Shown here piece after piece: positions 37,981 through 51,490 of a DNA stretch of 64,000 nucleotides. Source of the DNA: Azolla caroliniana (taxonomy: Eukaryota; Plantae; Polypodiophyta); assembly GCA_043228905.1 (NCBI GenBank), contig JBHGNT010000004.1, positions 5,642,001-5,706,000 on the forward strand, given 5' to 3'. The notes beneath the pieces are model-generated. The model worked only from the letters and a program-made list of their open reading frames with translations, was not told the DNA's origin and did no database searches. The first letter of the stretch is position 1; each line of letters starts with the position of its first letter. Both the position numbers and the translations under genes were made by a program.

Positions 37981-40900
37981 GCATGATCTGAATCTCATAC
38001 TCCCCTATAACCAACAAAACTCACCACAGATTTTTTTTTGTTGAAATAAACAAATCTCAGTACTATCACTATGGCAAGCTCAAGTAGAAAATATACCTTG
38101 GACAAATTAACGGAGAAAAACTACAAAACCTGGAAGACTCGAATGGAGTTGCTACTTGATGTAGAGGAGCTCCTCGACATCACAACTGGCGCTAGTCTAG
38201 AACCTATAAAACGAGAGTCAGATGAATGGCATGAGTGGCGAAAGCTGGATAAAAGAGCTAGACTAGAGATAATGTTAAATGTAGATGAAAAGAAGTCAGA
38301 AATTATTCGAAAACTCACATCTGCAGCTGCAATGTGGGCAAAACTGAAGGAACTATACGAACCTCAAGATGGTACAACTAAACTCCACACCTTAGCTACC
38401 CTATTTAATATGTGTGTTTTACAGGAAGAAGAAGATGTTCCTACCTTCTTATCAACTTGGGAGGCAGCCATGGATGATGCAACTACCGCCGACAACTGCA
38501 TCTCACAAGACATCAAGATTGGATTAGTGCTAAGCAAACTCCCCGAATCTTGGGGAACATTCATCACTATGCATAGTAGCACGACAACATTGTCTGAACT
38601 ACTTACTAAGATCTGCCATGAAGACATTCGACGACAAAAGAAGAATAATGCTCAACTGATCGCAATGGCAGCCTTCATCAATCGATTCCAAAGGGGTCAT
38701 CCAACAAACCAACAAAGGTACAGACCTAAAAAAGTAAGAAATAATGAATCTAATAATGATAAAACATACATCAAGAGTGAAGCACAAAAATACTATGGGA
38801 ACAACTCACGACAAAATGGAAGCTTTAGAATCATCTATAGATATTGCAAGAAGGAAGGACATATTGATCGAGTATGTCGCCTCAAGCAAGCAGAGAAGAA
38901 CTCCAACCGACCCCAGGCACATAATGTGGTTATCCAACAAGAAGATGATAGAAATCCAGGATAATCTTTTGAAGAAGCATCTGAACAAAATGGAGAACCT
39001 GATGAAGAAGAGTACATTCAAGCATATAATGCAAACACATTTGAAGAAAATGAAGATGATAGCACCTGGTTCTTGGATACTGGGGCTACCCACCATCTAA
39101 CATATCAAAAAGACTAGTTGGACAACTATCAAGAGCTCCCAATACCATTGAAGGTCACCTTCGGAGCAAAGGTCAAAAAGTGGCAGTTGGGAAAGGTAAT
39201 ATCAAATTAAGACTCATTAGTAATCATGTTGTACAAATTTCAGATATATACTTTGTACTTGGAATTGCAAAACATCTATTATTTGTGGGACAAGCTATTG
39301 CAAAAGGAATGACAGTCAAATTCAGCAAACAACAAGCTACCCTATACATCCAAGATAATCAACATGAGATAAAAATTGTATGTCCAAAACAAGCGTAACT
39401 ATATCCTGTCAAGGCAAATCTAGGAGAAGCAATCGCTGCTGAAGTACATCAAGGAGGAGTAGACAATGTGTTCCCCACCTATCTATGGCATTGCCGGTTC
39501 GGTCATCTACATACACCAACACTCAAGTTGTGTCAAAATCAGAACCTAGTAAGAGGTTTACCTTCCACAATCTTTAAATCTATTGATATTTGTGAAGGAT
39601 GCATGTATGGGAAAATGGCTCAAAAATCATTCCCACTAAGTAACTCAAAGACAAAGAAACTACTCCAACTTGTTCACATGGATGTATGTGGACCGATAAC
39701 TCCCAACTCACTCTCCGGAGCAAGGTACTTTATAACATTTATTGATAACACTTCGTGATTTACAATGGTTAACTTTCTTAAACAAAAGGGAAATGCATTC
39801 AAAGCATTTTGTGCATATAAGAGCTTTGTTGAAAATCAAACACAACTTAAAGTTAAAGTAATAAGAAGTGACAATGGTGGGGAGTTTGTTTCACAAGAAT
39901 GGGAAGCCTTTAATGAAAAAAATGGTATATTTCATCAAAAGTCAACTGTCTACACACCTCAACAAAATGGGATAGCCGAGAGAAAGAATCACACCTTATT
40001 AAATGCTGCTAGGAGTATGCTGAAGACGAGTGGAATGGCCTCGAGATTCTGGGAAGAAGCAGTCGCCACAACTTGTTACCTACAAAATAGAACTCCTCAC
40101 CAAGGTATAGAAAGACAAGTGCCATACACCATGTGGTATGGGTACCCACCTGAGATATCACATCTTCGAGTATTTGGAGCAAATGCTTTTGCATACATAC
40201 AACCTGCCAAGAGGACAAAACTTGAGGATCGATGCATTAAAGGAAAACTTATTAGATATGGGGAGCCATATGGAGTAAAAGCATACATAATTTACCTTCC
40301 CGATACAGGTAAAATAATTTTTAGTCGTTCTGTGGAGTTTGATGAGAAAAGTCTTTTTTCTAGGTCATCATATGTAATGAAAGAAACCGGGAGTGAACAC
40401 CTTACCAAGGAAATCACAAAGTTAAGACTTCCTCAAGCAACAACAATGGAATTTGAAAATGATGGGACGAACATCATCAACGCCGAACTACACAACAATC
40501 ATGGCGTGCCAACAACTAATGCAACAGAAAACAGAGGAGAGAAACTCAACCAATTACCTCATTCTCATATCTTAACCACTCAAGATGAGGGGTTGGGAAT
40601 CTCTGCTGTGAAGACCGCCACCAAGCCTATGATCACCAAATCAGCCACCCGAAGTCTCGAACCTGAGGATGTGCTAGTGCACTACCAACAACCCAACAAC
40701 TCTTCCTCAGCATCCGAATGTCAAAATTGTGAATCTGAACATAGAAGTTCAGGTCACCTACAACCCTAAACCTCAGAGTATCCTCAAAATCTAAAAATTG
40801 GTAGTCAATTTGTCCGCCAATCTAATGCTCAAAGCCTCGAAAGTGAACAAGTGTATGACCGAAGCCTCGAAAGCAACAATCAATCCACTGCCCAATATAT

Positions 40901-42827
40901 TACTCGAAGCCTTGAACCTAAGCATACGAGTGGCGACCACATTCAACCCTGTGCATCCTCCATGATTGCAAGAAAACAAAGCTCCAGATCTGAGAATAAG
41001 CAACCTCTCCAAAACAACCTTAAAAGGCAAAGAAATTAGGGCTAAAAAGACTAAGGTAAGGTTACTTAGTGATATCTATGATGCAACTAAGGACGAGGTG
41101 CTTGAAAAGTCGACATGTCACTTCGTAACAGAGACAGAGTCCGACATATCCATCTTTGCAGCCATCATCGAAGGAGACAACTACGACACAACTCCGATTC
41201 TCACCTTCAAGCAAGCATTAAAAAGTAAAGAAAAAGACAATTAGGTTGCGGCAATTAATTCTGAATTCTCAGCACTCCAAAAGAATCACACATGGGCATT
41301 AGTATTGCGGCCTTGTCACTCCAATGTCATCACTTGTAAGTGGCTTTTTACGAAGAAATATGATGCCCTAGGTACTCCCGTGAGGTTCAAAGCGAGATTA
41401 GTAGCTCGAGGATTCTCACAAATACCAGGTGTGGACTACCATGAAACTTTTTTACCCACTCTAAAGATCACTGCACTTCGATTGATTCTTGCCATTACGG
41501 CATATTTAAATCTTGAACTTCATCATGTTGATGTTGAAGCAACGTTTTTACATGGTGATTTAGAAGAAGATATATATATATGGAACAACCTCAAATGTTA
41601 GATAATAATATAGACCCTAATTATGTGTGTAAACTTAACAAACCTTTATATGGCCTAAAATAATCCCCTAAACAATGGTATGCCAAGTTTCATAGGTTCC
41701 TCTTATCAATCAAATTTCAACAACTTCAATCGGAACCTAATATATATATAAGGAAAACAAAAACAGAATTCTTACACTTGGGAGTCTATGTGGATGATTT
41801 ACCTATTGTTGGGACATCAGAAGACTTCATAATGGAATTTATTGCAGAGTTACGACAACAATTCCCAATCAAACATCTTGGGCCACTAGAATATTTTCTT
41901 GGGATTCATGTAAAAAGGAATCAAACTCTAGGTACACTCTCCCTATCACAAGAAAACTTTGTTGATAATATACTAACCAAGTTTGATATGTTTGAGTGTT
42001 CTCCAATCTCCACTCCCCTCATAGTACCATGCAAATTATCATCTGAAGATTCACCACATACAACTGAAGAAACTTACTTTATGAAGAATATCCCATATCG
42101 CTAAGTGTTGGGGAGCATTCGATACCTCGTCAGCTACACTCGACCCGACTAATCTTTTGCCACTGGATACCTATCAAGATTCATGGAGAATCCAGGAGTT
42201 AATCATTGCAAAGCACTTAAAAGAGTATTACGGTATCTGAAGTACACAAGGGATATGACACTTACTTACACATCATACTTCAAAGCCCAACATTCAAATA
42301 TCCAAGGCTGGCTATCAACACCACTACATGGTTGGACGGATGTAGATTGGGGGGGGGACAAGGATACCTCTCGATCCACCTCTGGCTATGTATTCCTATT
42401 TGCAGGTGGTGCCATTTCATGGCGAACAAAGAAACAAGCTATTGTCGCCCTCTCTTCCACTGAAGCAGAATATATAGCAGCTACTCTCACTACTAAGGAA
42501 GGAGTATGGTTGAAGTCCATCATTGATAAACTTGCCATCCTCAAAATTTATGAATTCAAGTTATGGTGTGACAACCAATCCTGCATTAAAATCACTAAGG
42601 ACCCCAAGATCACAGAGCAAAACAAGCATATCCGCGCACAGCATAACTTCATCTCAGAACTTCTTGAAGAATCTAACCTCTCGATTGGACATACTTCAAC
42701 ACAAACTATGTGGGCTGATTTTCTTACCAAGCCAATACCCAACGCAAAACATTGGAGTTGCTGCCACCATATTGGATTAAGTATTCATCCAAATAGATGA
42801 GTTGGTGGTGTCACAGCTACAAGGGGG

Positions 42828-43124
42828 TGTTAAGATTACCTGTTTACACCACAAATGATAAAACATGAGTTACAAAAGACAATAAGAAAAAGACAAAACA
42901 ACAGTTACAAAGATGTAATGGCTAGTTGTTACTTCTTTGTATATATATATGTATGAAGTATTGTTTAGAAATGAGTGTGATACTACATCTAGAGTTTTCT
43001 GTAGGTTCTTACATTGTAATACGCATGTCTTAATATAATATCTTACGTTGTTCAACATTCTTCGAAAACGCTCTCTCGTTCTCTGTTGTCAATCCAGCCC
43101 ATTATGTTCTAAACTTTTCTTACA
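42828..43124 (+). repeat. 3' LTR of Copia D
   Basis: Direct repeat of the 5' LTR, preceded by the PPT. Confidence 0.93.
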
Positions 43125-43929
43125 GGACACAGGCGACCACCTGATTGATTGTTTGCTGGGAGAAGTAGGTTAAGGCTAGGGTCATGCGCAGAGGCTCCTG
43201 TAGTCCTGTTAGGAAGGTGTCTTTGAGATGATTCGCAGACACATCTTGGGCGAGCTACCGATAAAGATCTTGGAATCGGATTGTGAATTGTGAAACCGTC
43301 TCATGCGGTTCTTGTGCAATAGCGTAGAATTGGTGGAGCAAATCCTGGTTAGGTATCTCGCGATGAAAAAGTTCGAGGAATTGAGTGCGAACATCCTGAA
43401 ATGTCGCATATTACCTAGGATCATGGTGAGAATACCACCGTGTAGCAGGTCCATCGAGGGACAATGTGAATTCCGTGATTTTGGATGCGTCAACCTTGAC
43501 TGCGGTGAGATGTTGCGTTGAATGGTTGGCTTGCCAAGTCAACACAAAAGCGTAGATGTGTGATTTAGCATCAAGGCCATCCGTATAACGTGGATACGGG
43601 TATGACATAGTGTCGAAATCCGGTTCTTCGGGTAACGTTGTAAATGGGTTGTAGTCGGCTTGGTTAACTTCGGGAGGGCTGTGAGGCGAAATGGGGTCAA
43701 GGCCCACGTTCGATTGAGTGTCTGGTGCTAGTGGCAGAGGGGGTGCAACTCAAAGGGTTCGAGTGATGATTGTTGCGTGAGCGTGGAGTCAGACATGCCC
43801 TTGGCTGGCTCAACGCGGCTCGGTAGTAGCCGAGAACGCGTGGTGCAGTTGGGCATCGTAATGGCGACTGGGGTGTCCTCTTATGTTGTTCGATGTGACC
43901 TCACAGCGTGAACCGGGCGTGCCAAATTG

Positions 43930-44481
43930 TGTTATCTCTTCTTTCAGAGATACACCTTTGATTACCTCCTTGTGAGGGATTGTGGTTACGTAGGAGAGAA
44001 TGTTAGGGCTGATCGCGCCGATTAGTTACGAAGTGGCAGGCCACAATTGGTCTTATGACTTACGATTTATGCATAGGAATAGAACCCAATTGTATAGATG
44101 AATATTGAAGGACATTGGAAATTGACCCGAAACAAAGTATGTATTATAGAATTACTTTATAAATCGGTTACACGGCTCACGACCGAAATTGCTATTCACT
44201 TTCTTACAAAAACAGACATACATATAAAATCCTCTCTTTCTAGCATAATAATTATATCTCTCTATCCCTCGCTGCTATTCTGTTGTTGCTCCCTACTTTA
44301 TATAGCTTTTGTATCCCCTCGGCGCGCTTCCAACCACTTTGATTTTTGGCCTCTATTCTCGGTCGCACGTATTACATTCAACTACTCCTTCCGGCTCAGT
44401 CGTTTCTTCTTGTCACCTACTTTACCTACTCGTCTCTTTAAGTTTGTTTCACACCTCATGCCTTTTGTCCCACGGATAACA
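43930..44481 (-). repeat. 5' LTR of Gypsy E
   Basis: 7-bp terminal inverted repeat TGTTATC/GATAACA, TATA box on minus near 44300, followed after 5 nt by the PBS. Confidence 0.8.
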
Positions 44482-47400
44482 CCTATAAATATAGGTGGGA
44501 GTCATTTTGGACATTCATTTATAAGTTTGGCATGTCCATTATTTAGGCATTTTTTGGAACACCTAAATTTTCGTACATGCAAGAAATCAAAATATATTTG
44601 GGTCGTTTTTTAAAATCCTTTACGCATGCGGCACCCCTGATTGTGAATCAACCTATTTTGTGTAATTTTTTACGGACAGTTTTCAAAATGCGACATATTA
44701 CCTGTTTCAAATGTCCCGGTGTTTAGAGCATTTTGTAAAATTCTAGAAATGTCCTTGTTTACCGTCCTTTCCTCTTTTTTGAATGAAATATCCTTCTCAT
44801 CTCCTCCCCTTTTGACTAATAAACAAACTGTCTATAGTATATACCATTGTTATTCACCTCATGTACTAAACACGACGTGACATCGTTTTATCCCTATGGT
44901 TCAAATTCTTCAAAATAATAACAAAAATTTCATACCACTTTCACATTGCACAAGGTCACTCTTGCACACTTGGTTTATTCGTACTTGTGCACACGCGCCC
45001 CTCTCACTTGGCCCTTCATAGGGATAAAAAACAAATTATAGGAGGAAATAATACAAAATTTCTATGAACATATTCCACTCACATTGGGAAAATCTAGGCT
45101 AGTCGATCGAACAAAAATTGGATAAGCAACTCTTCAAAATGCATTGGAAAGATACAACAATATCAAGCTTCAAATGATTTGGGGAATAATATCCCCTTCG
45201 TCACTAATATCATTGACTATAGAAGCAAATCAAAGTTTGCGGAAACATATGTGACAATGTTCATAGGAAATCATGAACTATACTATGTGTTCATAAAGGA
45301 GCTTAATTTGAATTTTATGATGTAGTTCTTAATTTTGTAAAGATGAAGTTGAAATCAAGAATGTTGTTTTGATTGTGTATGTCTTTTAATCTCTAGATAC
45401 ATCAAGGAGCGAAAGACTTTTTACTTTCTTGCATTCCATGCTTGGAGAAACATTCATTCTTCAAATATGCAACAATTCGAATTAGGCTACTTCATGGTTT
45501 ATTGCATTCGATTGCAATATAAGCAAATTGGACTAATATCACAATTTCAATTTGGAAGAAATGATTATTGAATGATCTTCGTGAATCACAACCTACAACT
45601 TCTTTACATGGTTGCAAATAGAAATCCAATCTATCATGCATGTAGTGAAACATGGTGAGGTGCATCATCATATACAACAAACTTGCAAGCAAAAGGACGA
45701 TATTTTTGGAGTTTTTTGTGTTACTCCGGGGACGTTATCAATAATTTGCCACCTAGTTATGCCCATAGTAACACGAGTGCCGAGATGTATTTGTTGGGAC
45801 CTACTTAGGTAATTTGAACAATGAATTCACCGAGAGTACATTATATACCCTTGGATATTTGGTACGAACATAGTAATTTGTTAGAAAGGCAATATGTACA
45901 ATCATTATTATGTTTCAAAATGCTTGTAAAATACTAAATTCCAATTGTATGGATTGTTGAGCATTATGATGAGACAAGTACAAAAGTATATCTCGCATGA
46001 TTGCGCTTTTCATAGTCATTATGGTACCGATACCATCCAAAACCTATAGAGAACATGTGTGACACCTAGTTATTTTTAAATCGTATACCAAATCAATGAA
46101 CAATATGTAATACCAAATCAATGTTCAATGTGTTCATCCATTTCCTCTCCGTGTAGTTTCTTTCTTTATTAGAGAACATAACATGTCTTGTGAACCTGTG
46201 TTAATATACGCTTCAAGGATATCAAACGCAGCAAGTGCCTAAATGAAGCAAGCCTAAGTTGACAAACTAGAGTTGCAACATGTGCTTTTATTTGTTGGTG
46301 AGTGTTGCAAACATGTGCCAGAAAATAGATGTTGGCACATAAGCAGATCCACACAAAGTGTGTGATCCTGCTTCATGAAGTCTCCTTATAATGCAATAGT
46401 TTCCTTTTATGTTTTTACGTTTTTTGAGCTAGGACGCGTCACTTCATAGTTCAAAAACAACCCCTTTACACTTTTCACATTAGTATTATTTGCTACAAGG
46501 GCGCTTTGTATTTGTTTCGAATTTAGAGTGCACATCTACTTACATTCAAAATTTAATATTGTCACTCGTATTCCTATAACCCTCGCCTTTCATTGCATTG
46601 CTTTCCAGTATTTGACTTATTGTTTCAAATTCCTCACATTCATAGATATGATTTGAGGGCTATACATTCTCTTTATATAATCTCTCTATCATGTTTTAAA
46701 CACATAAACCTCCATAGCTTCTTAATTTTCAATCTCCCTATCAGTCTTTAAACAATAAATCCCCGTAGCTTTCATTTTGGGCCCATTTCAACAAATTTCA
46801 CCACCACTTTTAATGCCATCTTGTTATTTTATCAACCTAGTGTTTTGGCACCTCATTACTATCATGCTTTCCTTTTCATGGTTTCTCTCGATCTATCTCC
46901 ATATCTTTCACATGTTGGCAACATAGTCATCACTAACATCATGTAATAGGTCACAAAAACTAGGTTTGTCATATTTTGAATTGGTAAAAACACACTATCT
47001 CTATGCAATAATGCCCCCATTATCTAATGGGATAAGCTCTGTGTAGACTCCCATACATAAACCTAGATGTTCATGAAATTTATGGACATGGTTCATGTTT
47101 CTAGAAATTCTCTCGATAAAAAAACTTCCCTAGCATCACACAATGCATGTTTGTTTGCATCACCCAAGATCTTGTTTCATTGTATCTAGGGATCATCATG
47201 CTTAGGGGAACGCCATCGATCAAGATTTACTATTATTATTATTATGGGTAAACACATTCATGTAAACTAGGGCCCTTGGTATGCCAAGAAAACTTTAAGG
47301 GGAGCATTATAATTAAGGATTTATTATATAATAACATACATACTAGTACAATAGAGTGGGGCCAATATTGATCTTATCACTTGATGCTCCACCAACCCTT

Positions 47401-47585
47401 GGGAGTGAAAAAAAGTGTTGGAACTGAGTAAGATGATCAATTATCATCATTGTCAAAACATGGACATTTTGCAATAGTAACGAATATAAAGTAGCAACCC
47501 AAATGTGCATGGTTTAGTAAAAAACCATGGCTTACCGCAACCTTAAATACGTGAGTTAAAAAATGTTGGTCACACTCAATTCTTC

Positions 47586-47622
<37 letters not shown>

Positions 47623-47959
47623 GAGTCAATATATGTCTAGTGTTTGTTGTATTCAACCATCTCAAGAAGATTTTTTTTCAATTCATGATCTTCAAGTGAT
47701 CTATGGTATGAAGTATGTATTATATAAGACAAAGAAGCCATATGGCTTCTTTATATCTACATCTTCATCATCATCTTTTGTGATAAATATATTAGACAAA
47801 AGAATCAAAGCTTACTTTGTAAGATTTCACCTCTTTTAACATATTCCGCATCGTAATGACAAAAGTTTCTAGCTATATCCTGTCTGATACTTCAATCACA
47901 ACCGACGAGAGATCCATGGAGAGGGGGAGAGGGAGGAAGATACATGTATATATAGTTTA

Positions 47960-49511
47960 CTAGTTACACCCACAAGATAATGACAAACTCATTTGTTGAA
48001 GGCGTGTTATGAAGAGTTGGAACACCTCGGCATGGTCCACCATACTAATCCTAACATATTGTCGGCTTGATCCGAAATGAACACCACTTCTTGTCAAGAT
48101 TCCATTACTCTTGAAAACACCATGGCAATCAACATCTTTCTCGCACTTCAACCAAGCGAATGCTATTGAAGGACCCAAAAATGATCTCAAAATCAAAAGG
48201 AAAATTCAAAACTCCCAAACCAAATATAAAGAAAAACAAAGCAGTTTGCCTTTTCACTTTGGTGCAATTTACCCTTGTAGTAAATTCACATTTTTTTTTC
48301 TTTACTTTTGACTTACCAGGGTGGATGGTTGTTTCCTTTCGGAAAAAGTTGCAATGATTAGACGGGAAACTTGATATGGTAAAGCATTTGCTTTGATTAA
48401 TGGCTTCTTGTAATCGTCCCCACCGTGACTCCATCTCGATATAGCCAAAATTGAATAAACCAGCCTCATCAAGATCATTGACACCACCTTTCACATTCTC
48501 CATATTATAGTTGGGGAGAGTAGTATATGTCCGCCGAATCGCCCTAAGAACTTGAGAAGCACGAAGTTGTGAATCTTTGGAGACACCAATTGTGTTTAAT
48601 TCGATATACTTAGTCATCTTTTTGGCAATGTCGGCATCTCGGACAAGCGCCCACCTACAATTCGACACCACAAGACCTGAGTAATTGAGAGCTGGGACTT
48701 TGAAATACATCAATGTCAAGAAGAAGCCTTTTGGACATTCTCTCCATGTGTGTGTGTGTGTGTGGAGGGGGGGGGGGGGGGGGAAGGTAGCACCTTTATG
48801 CTTTCTTTTTCCGATGTTGGAAGGATACAAGTACCCATCGGTACGAACAACGTTTCAATTTTATGAGTACCTACCTACATAGGCCAAGCCTAATCAACAA
48901 AAGCTTTTTATTCGGAGAATACGTGACACCATTCAGTCTAACAATGTTTCGAGCAATTCCGAATGTGAAAATGCCTTTTTAGAAGACGCAGACACGGGAC
49001 ACTACCCCTAGGTAGAAACAATGGGCACTACAACCCCCCTAGGAGCGCAACAATGGGCACTGCCCCTAGGAACAACAATTTGCGATATTTGAACTATCGG
49101 GAAAGAGTTTTCCTCACCCGATGCGTGTCCCGGCATAACCGGTACTTTTCGAGAGCGTGAAGAGCATAATGTCGTGGTCAGCGGCATGGGGTATGGGCGT
49201 ATATTGTGGCCAATAGTAAGCTAGATCATAGATAACTGCCCCTGCTCTCCCTTTCATCTTCACCACAGGTGTATGTGTCATGCCATCTGGATTTCCTGGA
49301 GATGTTACAAACTCAATGTAGCTCCTGTTGCCACTCATCATGAGGTTATTATTATAAGTTCCAGCATCCCCTGCCCACTGGTGTAACCCTGATTGAAGAT
49401 AATCTGTCATAGAAGGATATGACTGTTACATATCAATAAGAGAAAAAGAGTTAGAAATTAATCCTTCCATCCTGTGTACAAATAATGATACCTATATATA
49501 CATGTCTATGC

Positions 49512-49561
<50 letters not shown>

Positions 49562-51490
49562 GCATATGTGTGTATATTACATTACAGAAGCTTGGTAGCT
49601 CTAAATTCACAAACATGCTTTCTAACTCTAAATGCCTAAAATTGTCCTCCTTGTGACATATCTGTTCTATCCAACACTATTGATTCAAACCATCTCCACA
49701 CTTTTTAAACATCAAGTCGAGGCAACATTTGCAGATTTCGATGAAGATACTCTCGACAAGTCTAGGTGAAGAGAACCTAATCTAACCAGCGCCATTTCTC
49801 CATATTCAATGCACATTACACATTTCAGTACCAAATTATACGCATTTGTGTCCATATTCAATGCACATTACACAGATTTCAGTACCAGATTATACGCATT
49901 TGTGTCGGCATTACACATACTCGTTATCTCGAATGTAAAGAATTTGAAAGGGATTAACAGCCAAAATCATTACCGAGTAGAATGGCGCCATTGACACAAC
50001 ATCCACGGGTTCACTACTCAATGAAGAAGAGACTGCATACAATGCAGCATGGATAATCTGAGACGATCCCGTGCCCACGATGATTTCATGCCCTTCGGTA
50101 ATGGCATTGCCAACCATTTCGTGTATTAATTTGATTTCCATAGCCAGTGCTGGCTCCAGAAACCAACATATTCCATTTGTATTTGAGAAATAGCTCATCC
50201 GTTCCCCTCCTCGCAACACCGTTGTGGCCAAATCTCGATTGTTCCACCAATAGGGCTCAAACATCTTTGGGTCTCCGCTGCGAGAACAAAATGTACATGC
50301 ATATATTGAATCGACATAATATGCATCGACATAATAAATTCAATGGAAAAGTAGTATAAATTCCACATGTATATTTCATTAGCTGTAACCCAGATAAATG
50401 AATATAATCAAACAATAAAGTGAAGCTTTCAGAATTATTATCCTATGATGATGGACCAATATATGTTTGAACATTTTCAGGGAAAACACAAGGGGAGAAG
50501 AAAAGTGAGGTCTTCAGGCCAACAATCCCTGTGCCCTCAATTGCACTTAGCAATCTGATGTTATTTTGCTTCACCAAGATGTGTATAAGCTCATAATGTT
50601 GAGTCAAATGTAGCAAGAAAATGAATGGTCTCTTTCCCAAATAGGCCCCAAAAAACTTTCCTGAGATCAACTCAATGTGTGTGTGTGACAGAGAGAGAGA
50701 GAGAGAGAGAGCATAGATTAACTTACTGATCAAAGTTGATCGTGCAATCCGACATGATTTCTGAGCAATCGTGACCGGAGAAACACGAGTAGCATCGGCA
50801 CCTAATTCTTCCTGCACCATTAACATTACCATCATCATCATCATCATCAATATACTCATAGCTACCATGGCCAGAGCATGGTTGAGTACTGAGAATGGCA
50901 CCAAGACCCCATTGCATCTTCTTCTGTTTATTGCTGTTGTGATTATCATCATCACCATTAACATTCTTATTTCTTCTTCCTGTAGCTTCATTAGAAGAAA
51001 GGGAGCTTGTATCAATGCTGATCTCTCTACTGTCTGCAAAGAGATGATTCGTTGGGGATGGGCAGCTCCTGAGCAAAACTGATGATAAGAAAAGGGCGTT
51101 GACAATAAGAGAGGCTATCAACCAGTAGTTGATTCTCCTCCTCCTGCTGCTACTGCTGCTGCCTTCATTGTATTGTGGAGCCATTGCATTAAGCTTATTG
51201 GGACAAGAGATGTCCATTGTTGTGGGGCTATGGCTATCGGTCCCATTAGGGATCTTCCCCACTGTGTCTGTTGTGTTCCTGCTTGCATGATTAGGGTTTG
51301 CATGATTCGCATTACATGTGTTCGTGACAGTGTCCACAATCGAATCTGGTGCATCATTCTTCTGAGATCTCTGCAACATCCGTCTGAAACGAATAGCAGA
51401 GATCGTTCCTTCAACACCCATAGCCAAACGGAAGCCTTCTTCTTCTCCTCCTTCTACTTCTTCTTCTTCTTCAATAAATAAGCTGCACAT
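47960..51490 (-). CDS. TAA1: Tryptophan aminotransferase TAA1/TAR (alliinase-family PLP enzyme, auxin IPyA pathway), ~637 aa, 5 exons
   Basis: Exons 51490-50727, 50277-49974, 49422-49118, 48654-48317, 48162-47960 (1914 nt, GT-AG). Hydrophobic TM segment YWLIASLIVNALFLSSVLL. EGF-like PCSGHG...CRCYSCFSGHDCS. Family motifs INFDHGDPKMFEPYW, IIVGTGSSQ, TSPGNPDG, DLAYYWPQYTPI, FTLSK (PLP lysine), IELNTIGVSKDSQLRA, PAFAWLKC. Alternative start ATG at 51421. Confidence 0.92.

Larger units (their letters stand above)
37338..43124 (+). mobile_element. Ty1/Copia LTR retrotransposon D, full length, degenerate; related to B
   Basis: LTRs 37338-37662 and 42828-43124 (TG..CA). PBS TGGTATCAGAGC; PPT AAGGGGG. 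TSD GGATG/GGACA. Gag MASSSRKYTLDKL at 38071; protease WFLDTGATHH; integrase; RT YVDDL; RNase H MWADFLTKP ending 42800. Several stops. Confidence 0.96.
29405..44481 (-). mobile_element. Ty3/Gypsy LTR retrotransposon E (Tat-like), degenerate, 3' part lost; host of several nested insertions
   Basis: 5' LTR 43930-44481 (TGTTATC...GATAACA); PBS TGGCACGCCCGG at 43913-43924. Gag fragments at 43707-43125, 37332-37084 and 31680-30850 with zinc knuckles (CMACSNFGHSAVDC, CFNCNQPGHYATQC). Protease IIDSGSGVN (30254-30643). RT start EYQDVFAWSY, QHRYRMNP to 29405. Confidence 0.85.

Noticed and set aside
44098-44613. 171-aa ORF
   Set aside because: Lies antisense across the Gypsy LTR and has no recognisable domain.
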